Part shown: piece after piece, positions 51,453 through 60,471 of the stretch | Numbering within the stretch: the stretch's first letter is position 1 | How the letters are laid out: every line of letters begins with the position of its first letter | NCBI GenBank assembly: GCA_022842945.1 | Contig: JALHOO010000001.1 | Coordinates: 93,830 to 157,829 of the forward strand | DNA: 64,000 nucleotides | DNA from: Minisyncoccota bacterium | GTDB lineage: Bacteria > Patescibacteriota > Minisyncoccia > Phycocordibacterales > Phycocordibacteraceae | Direction: 5' to 3' | The notes under the pieces: generated by a model | The model's database searches: none | Told to the model about the DNA's origin: nothing | Seen by the model: the letters and a program-made list of their open reading frames with translations, nothing else | Made by a program: the position numbers and the translations under genes

Positions 51453-52112
51453 ATGACACGAACCGCTTCGCGTCCCAAACTACACCTGAGGCCTATCGAG
51501 GAGCAGCTCAACTCGGTGCTGAAGCTCAGTACCGTGTTCCATCCAGAGCATGCGCTCAACTGGGCAGAGACAAGCGCAACAATCGTCCCTCCCGGTTATG
51601 CCGGATTCCTGGCTGTGCCGCTCTTTAGTAGCTTCGGATTCCTGCGGATTCCGGTGGCGAATGAGGCGTGGGGCAAGAAGACTGGGTGGAAGCTTCACAC
51701 TAGTGTTCCTGGTCTCAAGGGAGAGCACAACAAGCATCGTGCTGACGATTTCGTCGTGAGCCAACGCACCCTCGACGCGTACAAGAGACTCGATGCGCAA
51801 CAGGCAGTCCTTAATGGGCAGTTCGATGCCAATCGACTTCGTGTCTTCCCGGTTCGCTTTAGTGAGGAGGCGGAACCCGAGCTTCTCGAGAACGAGTTCC
51901 ATCTCGATCTCGGTTCGCTCATCTGGTTTCTGGCTACGCACTCGGAATGGAAAGCTCTGCAAGGAGGTCTCCTTCTGCGGTGTCTCGGCGAGACGCATGT
52001 GTCGCATGCCAGTATCCTCGTTGGGTACCAGCACATGGAACGAGTACTGTCGGTGCCCACTTCCTCCATGAAGACCCACGGGCTTGTCGTCATCGGAAGG
52101 GCCCCGGCCTGA
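51453..52112 (+). CDS. Orphan hypothetical protein (219 aa)
   Basis: TTGAAT..TAGAAT promoter, AAAGGA SD, terminator after. Confidence 0.7.
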   Translation: MTRTASRPKLHLRPIEEQLNSVLKLSTVFHPEHALNWAETSATIVPPGYAGFLAVPLFSSFGFLRIPVANEAWGKKTGWKLHTSVPGLKGEHNKHRADDFVVSQRTLDAYKRLDAQQAVLNGQFDANRLRVFPVRFSEEAEPELLENEFHLDLGSLIWFLATHSEWKALQGGLLLRCLGETHVSHASILVGYQHMERVLSVPTSSMKTHGLVVIGRAPA

Positions 52113-52148
52113 AAAGAAGCCGTCCACGCGAACGTGGACGGCTTTTCT

Positions 52149-52847
52149 CTATCCCTTCTTCGTCTGAAGCTCCCTAATAGAGCGGTTCCGGTGGATGAGT
52201 TCGTCGTTTCGGATGGACTCAAAGAGTTCGTACTCGCACCGCGCCGTACGGCCGTAGAAGACGAGAAACTCCGAGTACACGGGTGTGTCGCGAAGACGTT
52301 CGCCGTTCTCAACAAGGAACTGCTGGTACTGGTTGTACGCGTGGTTCTCGAAGAGGTAGTTAAGCTCAAGCGCTGAGCGACGCGAGAACATGTAGAGAAG
52401 GTAAATGGTCCAGAAATAGAAGAGCGCAAACACAAGCGGAATGAATACATGGCGGAAGAAGCCTTCGCACTTAAGCCGCTTAACTATTTGAGAGATAACA
52501 ACCACATGCATCGTCTCGTTGTCCTGAGCCTCGCGGGAGAAGGTGCTGGTCTTTGTGAGTTCAATGGCGCGCTCTTCGTTTGAGTAGAGTCCGGTGAGGA
52601 GGGTGTAGGAGGCAACTTCCCAAGACTGGTAGGGAATGCGAGCAATAACCTCTATAGCTTTGAACTTCTCGTAGCTTGGCTTCTTTCCGTACACTAGGGT
52701 GCCGGACCCAACCAATAGGCACCCGAGGACGCGTGCAAGAAATCCTGGACGATAGTTGTCATAGGCGCGCGCATACTCAGCGCGAAGCACAGGATCGTTC
52801 AATTCTTTAACGAGTGCCTCGTGAGCGTTAAACTGTTCTTCGTTCAT
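52149..52847 (-). CDS. Alternative oxidase/PTOX-like di-iron protein
   Basis: EVIARIPY, DNETMH, FENHAYNQY, IRNDELIH: E/EXXH/E/EXXH ligand spacing. Confidence 0.78.
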   Translation of the reverse strand: MNEEQFNAHEALVKELNDPVLRAEYARAYDNYRPGFLARVLGCLLVGSGTLVYGKKPSYEKFKAIEVIARIPYQSWEVASYTLLTGLYSNEERAIELTKTSTFSREAQDNETMHVVVISQIVKRLKCEGFFRHVFIPLVFALFYFWTIYLLYMFSRRSALELNYLFENHAYNQYQQFLVENGERLRDTPVYSEFLVFYGRTARCEYELFESIRNDELIHRNRSIRELQTKKG

Positions 52848-52866
52848 ACGAATAATCTAGCATGCG

Positions 52867-54522
52867 CTATACGCTCTTGAGCATATCGCGCTCAATGTCT
52901 GCGAACGTACCGTGTACTTTCTTGCCTGGATTAAAGATGTCGGTTGGGTCGAATATGTCTTTGGTCTTCTCAAACAGAGACACCATCTCGTTCCCGAAGA
53001 GCTGAGGCAGATACGGCGTACGGATGATGCCGTCGTTATGCTCGCCGGTGGTGGTACCGCCGTATTTAATAACGAGATCGTACACGCGAGGAGAAAGCTC
53101 AAGGATAACGTCGCGTACCGTGGGATCGGAAAGATCCATAAGAGGAATGATATGGAAGTTCCCGTTCCCGATGTGTCCGGCAATGGTGTAGAGGAGATCA
53201 TACTCCGCAAGAAGACTATTAAGTTCCGGCATGAACTCAGGATATGAGTCAGGGGAGACAACGAAGTCGTCGATAAACGGGGCGGCATAGAGACCCTTTG
53301 CGTTTTTGCGGAGAAGCGCAAAACTCTCGCGACGCACCTTCCAGTATTTCGCTGAAGCTTTCTCGTCTCGCTTTATGCTCATAGGAAGACCAAGGGGCAT
53401 GAGTGCCGCCTTGGCAGCCGTTGCCTTAAACAGTGCCTCCTCATGGGTGTCTTCTGAGAACTCAGCCATAAGAACAAGCTTTGGTACGCCGCCGCGCAGC
53501 ACCATGCCAACCTCAGGAAGGAAGGAGAATCCAAGCTTCGCCGCTTCAACCACACCCATTTGTGAGAGCATCTGTGGGAGGAACTTAATAGCGAGTTCAA
53601 AGGTATGGTCGTCATAAGACTCAAAGCTCTCTGGATTGAAGGGAAGTACCTTCCGCACAATCTCAGGAAGAACCGCAATGTCGTCGAGGAAGATAACGAG
53701 CATGGAGCGGAATCCCTGCTCGCGTACCAGGCTGAGCTTCATCTTCGTGGTAAGGGCAAGCGTACCCTGTGCGCCACAGATAAGCTTCGCAAGGTTCATA
53801 CTGCCGTGTTCCTCCATAACGTCCCAGAGTGCGTACCCGGCTGAGTTCTTGGATACCTTCGGACGTGCCTTCTCGATGAGGGTCTTGTTCTCTGTTATGA
53901 GTGCGCGGAGGTCTCTATATATCCGGCCCTCCAAAGTATCAAGGGCAACCTTTGCGTCCACCTCTTCTTTTGTGAGGGATTTGAATACCGCCTGAGTCCC
54001 GTCTGCAAGCACTACATCTACTTCCTCTACATACTTGCGTGTCTTTCCGTACTCGAGCGTTCGTTCGCCTCCCGAGTCGTTGTTAAGAAGCCCGCCCATG
54101 GCAGCTATTTCGCGGGAAGCCGGGAAGGAGGGAAGTATCTGGCCGCCTTCAGCAAGCGTGGCCTTCTCGAAGTCGCGATAGTAGACGCCAGGCTCGGCTA
54201 CGGCATAGCCCTCGCGCACCTCAATAACGTGGTTCATGTACTTCGTGAACACCGCAACCACCGAGTCCGTAAGCGATCCTCCTGACATACAGGTGCCGGC
54301 AGAGCGTCCGGTAACAGACGCTCTGATACCGTCCTTCTTTGCGCCTGCGATAGTCCGCACCAACGCAGACACATCATCTGCATTCTTGGGATACACCACG
54401 ATCTCCGGGGTACGCGAGAAGATACTGGTATCGCGCGAGAAAAGTGCTCGCGTCTTCGTGTCGTTGAGTACGTCTCCTTTAATGCTTGCACGTATGCGTG
54501 TACTAAGTTCAGTGTCAGCCAT
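52867..54522 (-). CDS. FAD-linked oxidoreductase (GlcD/D-lactate dehydrogenase-like)
   Basis: RSAGTCMSGGS, AEPGV, GAQGTLA, GHIGNGNFH, GEHNDG, FDPTDIFNPGK. Confidence 0.88.
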   Translation of the reverse strand: MADTELSTRIRASIKGDVLNDTKTRALFSRDTSIFSRTPEIVVYPKNADDVSALVRTIAGAKKDGIRASVTGRSAGTCMSGGSLTDSVVAVFTKYMNHVIEVREGYAVAEPGVYYRDFEKATLAEGGQILPSFPASREIAAMGGLLNNDSGGERTLEYGKTRKYVEEVDVVLADGTQAVFKSLTKEEVDAKVALDTLEGRIYRDLRALITENKTLIEKARPKVSKNSAGYALWDVMEEHGSMNLAKLICGAQGTLALTTKMKLSLVREQGFRSMLVIFLDDIAVLPEIVRKVLPFNPESFESYDDHTFELAIKFLPQMLSQMGVVEAAKLGFSFLPEVGMVLRGGVPKLVLMAEFSEDTHEEALFKATAAKAALMPLGLPMSIKRDEKASAKYWKVRRESFALLRKNAKGLYAAPFIDDFVVSPDSYPEFMPELNSLLAEYDLLYTIAGHIGNGNFHIIPLMDLSDPTVRDVILELSPRVYDLVIKYGGTTTGEHNDGIIRTPYLPQLFGNEMVSLFEKTKDIFDPTDIFNPGKKVHGTFADIERDMLKSV

Positions 54523-54549
54523 TACGCTCTAGTATACCGTGTGATAGCT

Positions 54550-54960
54550 CTAGGGATGGTGTCCCGCGACACGGAAGTTCACATGGAGATTGAAGAGATA
54601 GTTCGCAAACCCAACTACACACGCAACCAGCACGCGCGCAACTAAGTAGTGAAGCGCAAAGAAGGCAACGAGGAAGGTAACGGCGCCTGTAATAAGGAGC
54701 GCGCCTCCTCCTGCAAACAGGATGAAGTACACATACCCGTGATGTATGCGGCGCTCGGTACCTTTGAATACAAACGTGCGTGAAAGCAGATAGTTAATCG
54801 AGACTGCTATAAGGAAGCCCAGGGCGGTGGAGATTTGGTAGGGCACCCCAAACAGCTCCGTCATGATCCAGATAAGCACAAGATCGAACGCAAATGTTGA
54901 TCCGCCAACAAGGGCATACTTCAGAAACCTTTTATAGGTGGGATTCTGCAGATGCTTCAT
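54550..54960 (-). CDS. GtrA family membrane protein
   Basis: FLKYALVGG, NYLLSRTFVF, four TMs. Confidence 0.85.
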   Translation of the reverse strand: MKHLQNPTYKRFLKYALVGGSTFAFDLVLIWIMTELFGVPYQISTALGFLIAVSINYLLSRTFVFKGTERRIHHGYVYFILFAGGGALLITGAVTFLVAFFALHYLVARVLVACVVGFANYLFNLHVNFRVAGHHP

Positions 54961-55008
54961 GGTTCGTATGATAGCCCAGAAAAGGGTCAATGGTATACTG
55001 CCTCTATT

Positions 55009-55956
55009 ATGGAAGATTCAGTACCCGCACTCCGCATTGAAGACCTTAAGAAACTGTACGCAAAGGATAAGAAGGTAGCGGGGACTGAAGCACTCAAGGG
55101 GGTATCCCTCACTATTCAAAAGGGAGAGTTCTTTGGACTTCTTGGACCCAATGGTGCCGGAAAGACGAGCCTCATTGGTATAGCTTCGGGGCTTGTGGTG
55201 AAGACTTCAGGAACGGTTGAAGTTATGGGTTCTCCTATAGACACGGATCCCGTAACGGCAAAGACCCACATAGGTCTTGTGCCGCAGGAACTCAACTTCG
55301 ATATCTTCGAGACTCCACTCAACATCATCGTTAATCAGGCCGGATACTACGGCATCCCGCGCGCAACCGCTCTTCCGCGTGCAGAGCAGATTCTTAAGGA
55401 CCTTGGCCTCTGGGACAAGAGGGACGTGGCCTCGCAGAAACTCTCAGGAGGCATGAAGCGCCGCCTTCTCATTGCGCGCGCTCTTATTCACGAGCCACGT
55501 ATCCTTCTCCTCGACGAGCCAACAGCGGGAGTGGATGTCGAACTCCGTCGCGGCATGTGGGAGTACTTGAGGAAGATCAACGCGGCAGGCACCACTATTG
55601 TTCTCACGACCCACTATCTTGAAGAAGCAGAACAGCTCTGCAAGCGCGTCGCCATCATCAACAAGGGCGAGATTATCGAACAGGGAAGCGTGAAAGAACT
55701 TATAGGAAAGCTCAGCTTCGCGACCCTGCTTCTGGACACTGTAGAGCCCGTAACACCTGCACAGATTGCACTCATGCGAGATTTGCCTGTTACCGTCATT
55801 GACGACAACACGCTTGAACTTACGCTTAAGCCAAACGAGATCGTAAACGACTCTATCCGTCTCATGACGAAGATTGGTATCAGCATCAAGAACATCCGGA
55901 ACTCCGGAAGCCGTCTTGAGGAAGTGTTCGTTAATCTTATTGAAAAAGGCTCCTAG
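55009..55956 (+). CDS. ABC-2 transporter ATP-binding protein (YadG-like)
   Basis: GPNGAGKT, LSGGMKRR, LDEPTAGVD, TTHYLEEAE. Confidence 0.93.
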   Translation: MEDSVPALRIEDLKKLYAKDKKVAGTEALKGVSLTIQKGEFFGLLGPNGAGKTSLIGIASGLVVKTSGTVEVMGSPIDTDPVTAKTHIGLVPQELNFDIFETPLNIIVNQAGYYGIPRATALPRAEQILKDLGLWDKRDVASQKLSGGMKRRLLIARALIHEPRILLLDEPTAGVDVELRRGMWEYLRKINAAGTTIVLTTHYLEEAEQLCKRVAIINKGEIIEQGSVKELIGKLSFATLLLDTVEPVTPAQIALMRDLPVTVIDDNTLELTLKPNEIVNDSIRLMTKIGISIKNIRNSGSRLEEVFVNLIEKGS

Positions 55957-55957
55957 T

Positions 55958-56731
55958 ATGACTACCGCTCCTATCTTCATCGGGTACTACACGATGCTCC
56001 GCAAGGACATCAGGCGCATTCTGCGTATCTGGTCTCAGACCCTGCTTCCTCCAGTTGTTACTACAACCCTGTACTACCTCATCTTCGGTGCCTTTATCGG
56101 AAGCCAGGTACAGCCTATCGACGGGTTTTCGTACATGCAGTTTATTGTGCCGGGCCTCGTTATGATGACGGTTATTACGAGCGCCTACATGAATACGGTC
56201 TCCACCTTCTATTTCGCAAAGTGGGTGCACACGCTCGACGAGCTCTTGGTGTCACCGATGCCGTCGTGGGTAGTTATTGCAGGCTTTGTGTCTGGAGGCG
56301 TTGCGCGTGCGGTTATGGTGGCGGTACTCGTGCTCATCGTCTCCTTGTTCTTCACGCACATGACCATCGTGTCCATTGGCATCGTTATTGCTGCCATCCT
56401 CCTTACGGCTATACTCTTTGCGCTCGCAGGACTCCTGAACGGTATGTTTGCGAAGTCCTTTGATGCCATTAGCATCATTCCAACCTTCGTCCTCACGCCA
56501 CTTACATACCTTGGCGGTGTCTTCTACTCTATAGATCAGCTTCCAGAGTTCTTCCGTATCATCTCGCTCGCAAACCCGGTCCTCTATATGGTTAACGCGT
56601 TCCGCTACGGATTCCTTGGTATTTCAGACGTACCGATTGGTCTCGCGTTCGGTGTGATGATTGGGTTCATCGTTGTCCTTCTCGCAATTGTGCTGTGGCT
56701 CTTCCATAAGGGAGCAGGGCTGAAGAACTAG
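55958..56731 (+). CDS. ABC-2 transporter permease (YadH-like)
   Basis: RIWSQTLLPP, YMQFIVPGL, PLTYLGGVFYS, NPVLYMVNAFRYGFLG. Confidence 0.92.
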   Translation: MTTAPIFIGYYTMLRKDIRRILRIWSQTLLPPVVTTTLYYLIFGAFIGSQVQPIDGFSYMQFIVPGLVMMTVITSAYMNTVSTFYFAKWVHTLDELLVSPMPSWVVIAGFVSGGVARAVMVAVLVLIVSLFFTHMTIVSIGIVIAAILLTAILFALAGLLNGMFAKSFDAISIIPTFVLTPLTYLGGVFYSIDQLPEFFRIISLANPVLYMVNAFRYGFLGISDVPIGLAFGVMIGFIVVLLAIVLWLFHKGAGLKN

Positions 56732-56807
56732 AGGTTCGATCCCTAGTCTGCCACCATAAAAAATACCCTTGCGATTTTGGTCGCAAGGGCAAGTGTGAGA
56801 ACAAGTC

Positions 56808-57233
56808 TCAGGGTTTAGGGGCGTACTTCTGACAAATCAGTTCGTCATGGACCTCGGCCGCAACCGCGCTCATGGCGAGCTCGGCGAGCATGGCTCTTGG
56901 CGAAAGCTCGAAGAAGCGTCCCGCGGGTCCTGCCCTGAAGTTGCGTTCGTCCTCTACCCAGTAGACTTCGCATCCCAACACCGTAGCGATGGATGCGCGG
57001 GAGTAATACTGACCGTCTTCGAAGCTCCTTCCCGCAGTTACGATCTTTGCGAGCGTTGCAGTCGTAAACCTCTTCTTCTTGAACCAGGCCTGGAGTTTCT
57101 CCTTCACTGATTTGTAGAACCAGTGCGGATTCATATCAGTGGAGGAGGGCGGATTCTGGAACTCGATCGCATCGGGCCCCAAATTATTTTCCCGAATGAA
57201 CCTCAGGGCAAGGTCTGCAATGTACTTTCCCAT
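56808..57233 (-). CDS. Orphan hypothetical protein (141 aa)
   Basis: TTGACT-17-CATCTT promoter, ~100-nt leader, AAGGAG SD, terminator after. Confidence 0.7.
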   Translation of the reverse strand: MGKYIADLALRFIRENNLGPDAIEFQNPPSSTDMNPHWFYKSVKEKLQAWFKKKRFTTATLAKIVTAGRSFEDGQYYSRASIATVLGCEVYWVEDERNFRAGPAGRFFELSPRAMLAELAMSAVAAEVHDELICQKYAPKP

Positions 57234-57374
57234 TTCTAGTCTCCTTTAAAGAGATAACCCACCTGGTCTTAATGACGCGTGCCCTGGGAAAGGCAGTATT
57301 GGTGAGTCCAGCTACGAAGTAGTGGCAGTCACAAGATGCTACTTTTGTGCGTAAAAGTCAAGTATAGGCCGGGC

Positions 57375-57772
57375 TACAAAAGTTCCAACAACGTCCCAGA
57401 CAGCCAGCAATGTTTTAAAACCTAGTCTGCGCAGATAGACAGAGTGATACTTTGGAACAGGTACCCATATTGACGTTCATATGCTCGGGTATATACTTCT
57501 TTCAGAAGATGTTCCTGGTAGCAGGTAGAGGAGCTTAGCCCACGGGCTGAAATAGCAACTCTAGAAGCTCTGTCCTCCCGCTGGGGGACGGTGTGCTCCG
57601 ACGGAAATCGTTGGATAGGCCGATTAAATTCGGAAAGATTCACAGGGACTTGCGCTGCTGCGCATGCACCACGAATCGGCATCAACATCTTCGCCGCTTT
57701 CTCATTGGGTCCGGACTTGTTCCGGGCCTTTTCTTATACAAAGGTTCCAACATCGTCCCAGACTGCCAGCAA
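57375..57772 (+). repeat. 36-bp imperfect direct repeat (57375-57410 and 57737-57772; 33/36 identical)
   Basis: TACAAAAGTTCCAACAACGTCCCAGACAGCCAGCAA vs TACAAAGGTTCCAACATCGTCCCAGACTGCCAGCAA. Confidence 0.9.
57505..57735 (+). ncRNA. Candidate multibranch ncRNA F (~190 nt + terminator)
   Basis: TTGACG-16-TATACT; closing stem GAAGATGTT/AACATCTTC enclosing five arms; terminator GGGTCCGGA/TCCGGGCCT-TTTCTT. Confidence 0.62.
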
Positions 57773-57787
57773 CGGTATACTTGCAAC

Positions 57788-58375
57788 ATGGAAAAACAAC
57801 CTAAGGGCTGGGGTGCATTCGCGGAACATGTGAAGGAACGAGCACCTGACGAGACACTTCAGGAAGCTATTACCTACGTACAGGATAGGGAGGCGGCTCT
57901 TGATATGGGGGCAGGCGCACTAAACGAAACGAAGCATCTCCTCGCCTCTGGTTTTCAAAGAGTTGTAGCGCTGGACGCAGAGCCAAGCATTGTTGAGAGA
58001 GCAAAGGGTCAAGCGGGCGGCGAACGTCTCGAGGTTATAGTGTCTCGGTTCGAAGACTACGAGTTCCCACCGAATGCCTTCGACCTCGTTAACGCACGAT
58101 ACTCTCTGCCCTTCATGTCACCGGCTTCCTTTGAGGAAGTATTCGCTAAGATAAAGGCATCTCTCAAGTTTGGGGGTATATTCACAGGCCAGATGTTTGG
58201 TCCCAATGATTTCAGAAACAACCAAGAGGGCATGACTATGCATTCTCGTGAGGGGGTAGAAAGTTTGCTTTCCGATATGGAAATTATTGAGCTAGAGGAA
58301 GAGGAGTATGACGGTCCAACGTATAGCCAGGGCACGCAGCACTGGCATGTGTATACCGTTGTAGCGCGCAAGTAA
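57788..58375 (+). CDS. Class I SAM-dependent methyltransferase (TehB-like)
   Basis: ALDMGAG, VVALD, FDLVNARYSLPF, HWHVYTVVARK. Confidence 0.87.
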   Translation: MEKQPKGWGAFAEHVKERAPDETLQEAITYVQDREAALDMGAGALNETKHLLASGFQRVVALDAEPSIVERAKGQAGGERLEVIVSRFEDYEFPPNAFDLVNARYSLPFMSPASFEEVFAKIKASLKFGGIFTGQMFGPNDFRNNQEGMTMHSREGVESLLSDMEIIELEEEEYDGPTYSQGTQHWHVYTVVARK

Positions 58376-58391
58376 TTACATATATATACGA

Positions 58392-58602
58392 GCCGGGCCC
58401 GCCCTACGATTAACGCAGTGCGGGCCCGGCAATCAATCCTTTAGTTTCCGTATCATACAGGCGCTGTGTGATTAGCGTCTCGTAAGGATCTTTCCGTATG
58501 CCGCGCATCTATTCCGTAGCGATACACGGCCTAAAAGTGAGGAAAGAACTATGAGGACTGGTACAGGGGAGCACGTATGCATTCCGTGTGTTCCTCAACA
58601 GT
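58392..58602 (-). ncRNA. Candidate TCS-regulated structured sRNA G (or 36-aa sORF 58472-58582)
   Basis: Repeat-box promoter; stems ACTGTTGAGGA/TCCTCATAGT, GCCGTGTATC/GATGCGCGGC, CATACGG/CTGTATG; terminator 58392-58430. Confidence 0.5.
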
Positions 58603-58606
58603 ACTC

Positions 58607-58651
58607 ATAGTAGCGAGAAGGCTATGAACCCAGTATGAACGAATTCATGAA
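58607..58651 (-). promoter_or_regulatory. Putative OmpR/PhoB-type binding box + -10
   Basis: TTCAT-N7-TTCAT-N6-TTCAT-N11-TACTAT. Confidence 0.6.
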
Positions 58652-58656
58652 GACTT

Positions 58657-59787
58657 CTACGAGAAGTCTACGGATACTTCGTTCGTTCCTTTGCCGTCTT
58701 CACCAAAAGGATCTTCCAGATTCTTATCCGTTGCAGAGGGAAGGCTTATGCGGATTTCTGTACCCACCCCAGGCGTGCTCCGGATGTTAATAGCGCCCTT
58801 ATGCAAACGCACAATCTCGTTCACGATAGCGAGTCCAAGGCCTGACGTACCCGTGCCAATGCCGCGCGCTCTGGAGGTGTCGCCGCGATAGAACGGTTCG
58901 AATATATGGAAGAGGTCTTTCTGGTCTATGCCAATGCCCGTGTCCTTAACCGATAGTATAATCTTGTGCGCAGACTCTTTCTCCACGCGCACGGTTACTG
59001 AACCGTTCTTTCCTTTAGGGGTGTAATTAACGGCATTCTTCACGAGGTTCGTAACAACCTGCTCAAGTGCCACACTGTTGCCGCACACGAAGCAATCCTC
59101 TGCTATCTCATCTATAAGATGTACCTCGCGAGACTTTGCGAGTGCCTCATGGCGAACAAGCGCTGTGCGAGCAATGTCGCCCAGGTCCGTTGCCTCAAAC
59201 TGCATACGACGAGGGCGGGTAAGGGTGTCGAAGGAAAGGAGATTGTTTATGGTCTCTGAGATACGGTCGAGCTCAAGGATGGTGTCGTCAAAGGTCTCGC
59301 GGACACTCTCTGGAAGCTTTGGATCAAACAGTGCAACCTCGGTATTGGTCTTTATGATAGCGAGCGGGGTGCGAATCTCGTGCGCAATATTCCCGATGAA
59401 GCGCTTCTGGAACTGCAGGCTGTTGCGGGTAGGCCAGAGGGCGTAGCGCGCAATAAGGATGCCGAACAGAATGTTCAAGAAGAGTACGATGATAGACGAG
59501 TAGAGATAGGTCTCGTCGCTCACGCGCGCAACTGCCTCAGAAAGACTTTGCGTACTTGCCGGAGAGTCAGCGAAGATGCCTGCAACGATTCCTTCACCTA
59601 CGGTTTCAATGGTGCGTTCCTGCGCATACTGAATGCTCCATGCCACCACAATGATGGACATAAGGGCGAGCGCCACCTGAAGCGCTACGACGTGAGTCGC
59701 AGTCTTGTAGAAGAGGTTGAACCGATACTTATCGGTTAAGTCGGTAACCAACGCCGCGTACGGTTTCAAATAGGGGGGCATCGTCAT
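58657..59787 (-). CDS. Sensor histidine kinase
   Basis: Two TMs, IAHEIRTPL, NLVKNAVNY, DTGIGI, FEPFYRGD, GLGLAIV; exact start uncertain. Confidence 0.93.
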   Translation of the reverse strand: MTMPPYLKPYAALVTDLTDKYRFNLFYKTATHVVALQVALALMSIIVVAWSIQYAQERTIETVGEGIVAGIFADSPASTQSLSEAVARVSDETYLYSSIIVLFLNILFGILIARYALWPTRNSLQFQKRFIGNIAHEIRTPLAIIKTNTEVALFDPKLPESVRETFDDTILELDRISETINNLLSFDTLTRPRRMQFEATDLGDIARTALVRHEALAKSREVHLIDEIAEDCFVCGNSVALEQVVTNLVKNAVNYTPKGKNGSVTVRVEKESAHKIILSVKDTGIGIDQKDLFHIFEPFYRGDTSRARGIGTGTSGLGLAIVNEIVRLHKGAINIRSTPGVGTEIRISLPSATDKNLEDPFGEDGKGTNEVSVDFS

Positions 59788-60403
59788 AGGTATCGAGTTT
59801 CTTGCGAAGGTTCTTCATGTGTACATCAAGAACGTTCGAGAAGCCAGGGAAGTCAAAACTCCACACATGGTCGAGAATGCTCTCGCGGGTAAGAGCCTCG
59901 TCTGGGTGTCGCATGAAGTACTCAAGCAAGGAATACTCCTTAAGCGTGAGTTGCATAGGTTTGCCGCCCTTGGTAACGGTGCGGGCTCCTGCATCGAGCA
60001 CGATGTCGCGGACCTCCATCTTTGAAAGCACCGTTTGTTCCGGACGGCGTAGCACGGCATTGATGCGTGCAACGAGTTCCTCGAAGGAGAAGGGCTTAGC
60101 CAGGTAGTCGTCAGCGCCTGAGTTGAGGAGTTCAACCTTGTACTCAGTTTCGTCACGTGCCGTAAGGATGATGATAGGTGTCGTTACACCTTCCTTGCGT
60201 GCCTCACGCGTGATGGTGGCACCGTCTATGCCGGGGAGCATGAGATCAAGCAGAATGAGATCGTACTCATCCCTATAGAGGAGGATGCGTGTCTTCGCCT
60301 TTTCGCTCTCCGCAATCCAGTCAACGGCAAAGCCCTTGGACTCCAGTCCACGCTTCAAGCCCTCGGCAAGTTTCGCTTCGTCTTCAACGATGAGTATGCG
60401 CAT
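59729..60403 (-). CDS. OmpR/PhoB-family response regulator
   Basis: ILIVEDE, LDLMLPG, GADDYLAKPF, LTLKEY, ETVRGVGY. Confidence 0.95.
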   Translation of the reverse strand: MRILIVEDEAKLAEGLKRGLESKGFAVDWIAESEKAKTRILLYRDEYDLILLDLMLPGIDGATITREARKEGVTTPIIILTARDETEYKVELLNSGADDYLAKPFSFEELVARINAVLRRPEQTVLSKMEVRDIVLDAGARTVTKGGKPMQLTLKEYSLLEYFMRHPDEALTRESILDHVWSFDFPGFSNVLDVHMKNLRKKLDTYDDAPLFETVRGVGYRLNR

Positions 60404-60438
60404 ACGTACAGCAGTTAATGGCTAAAATCAGTACTGTA

Positions 60439-60471
60439 ACTGTAGCTATTAGACCATGAAGCCTTCATGAA
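60439..60471 (-). promoter_or_regulatory. Putative autoregulatory box + -10 of the response regulator
   Basis: TTCAT-N6-TTCAT-N11-TACAGT, same geometry as 58607-58639. Confidence 0.6.

Noticed and set aside
56728-56756. Complete tRNA gene
   Set aside because: No D-arm, anticodon arm or 5' acceptor strand; upstream sequence is permease coding
57375-57772. 36-bp repeats as a CRISPR array
   Set aside because: Only two copies, 326 bp apart, and no cas genes in the window
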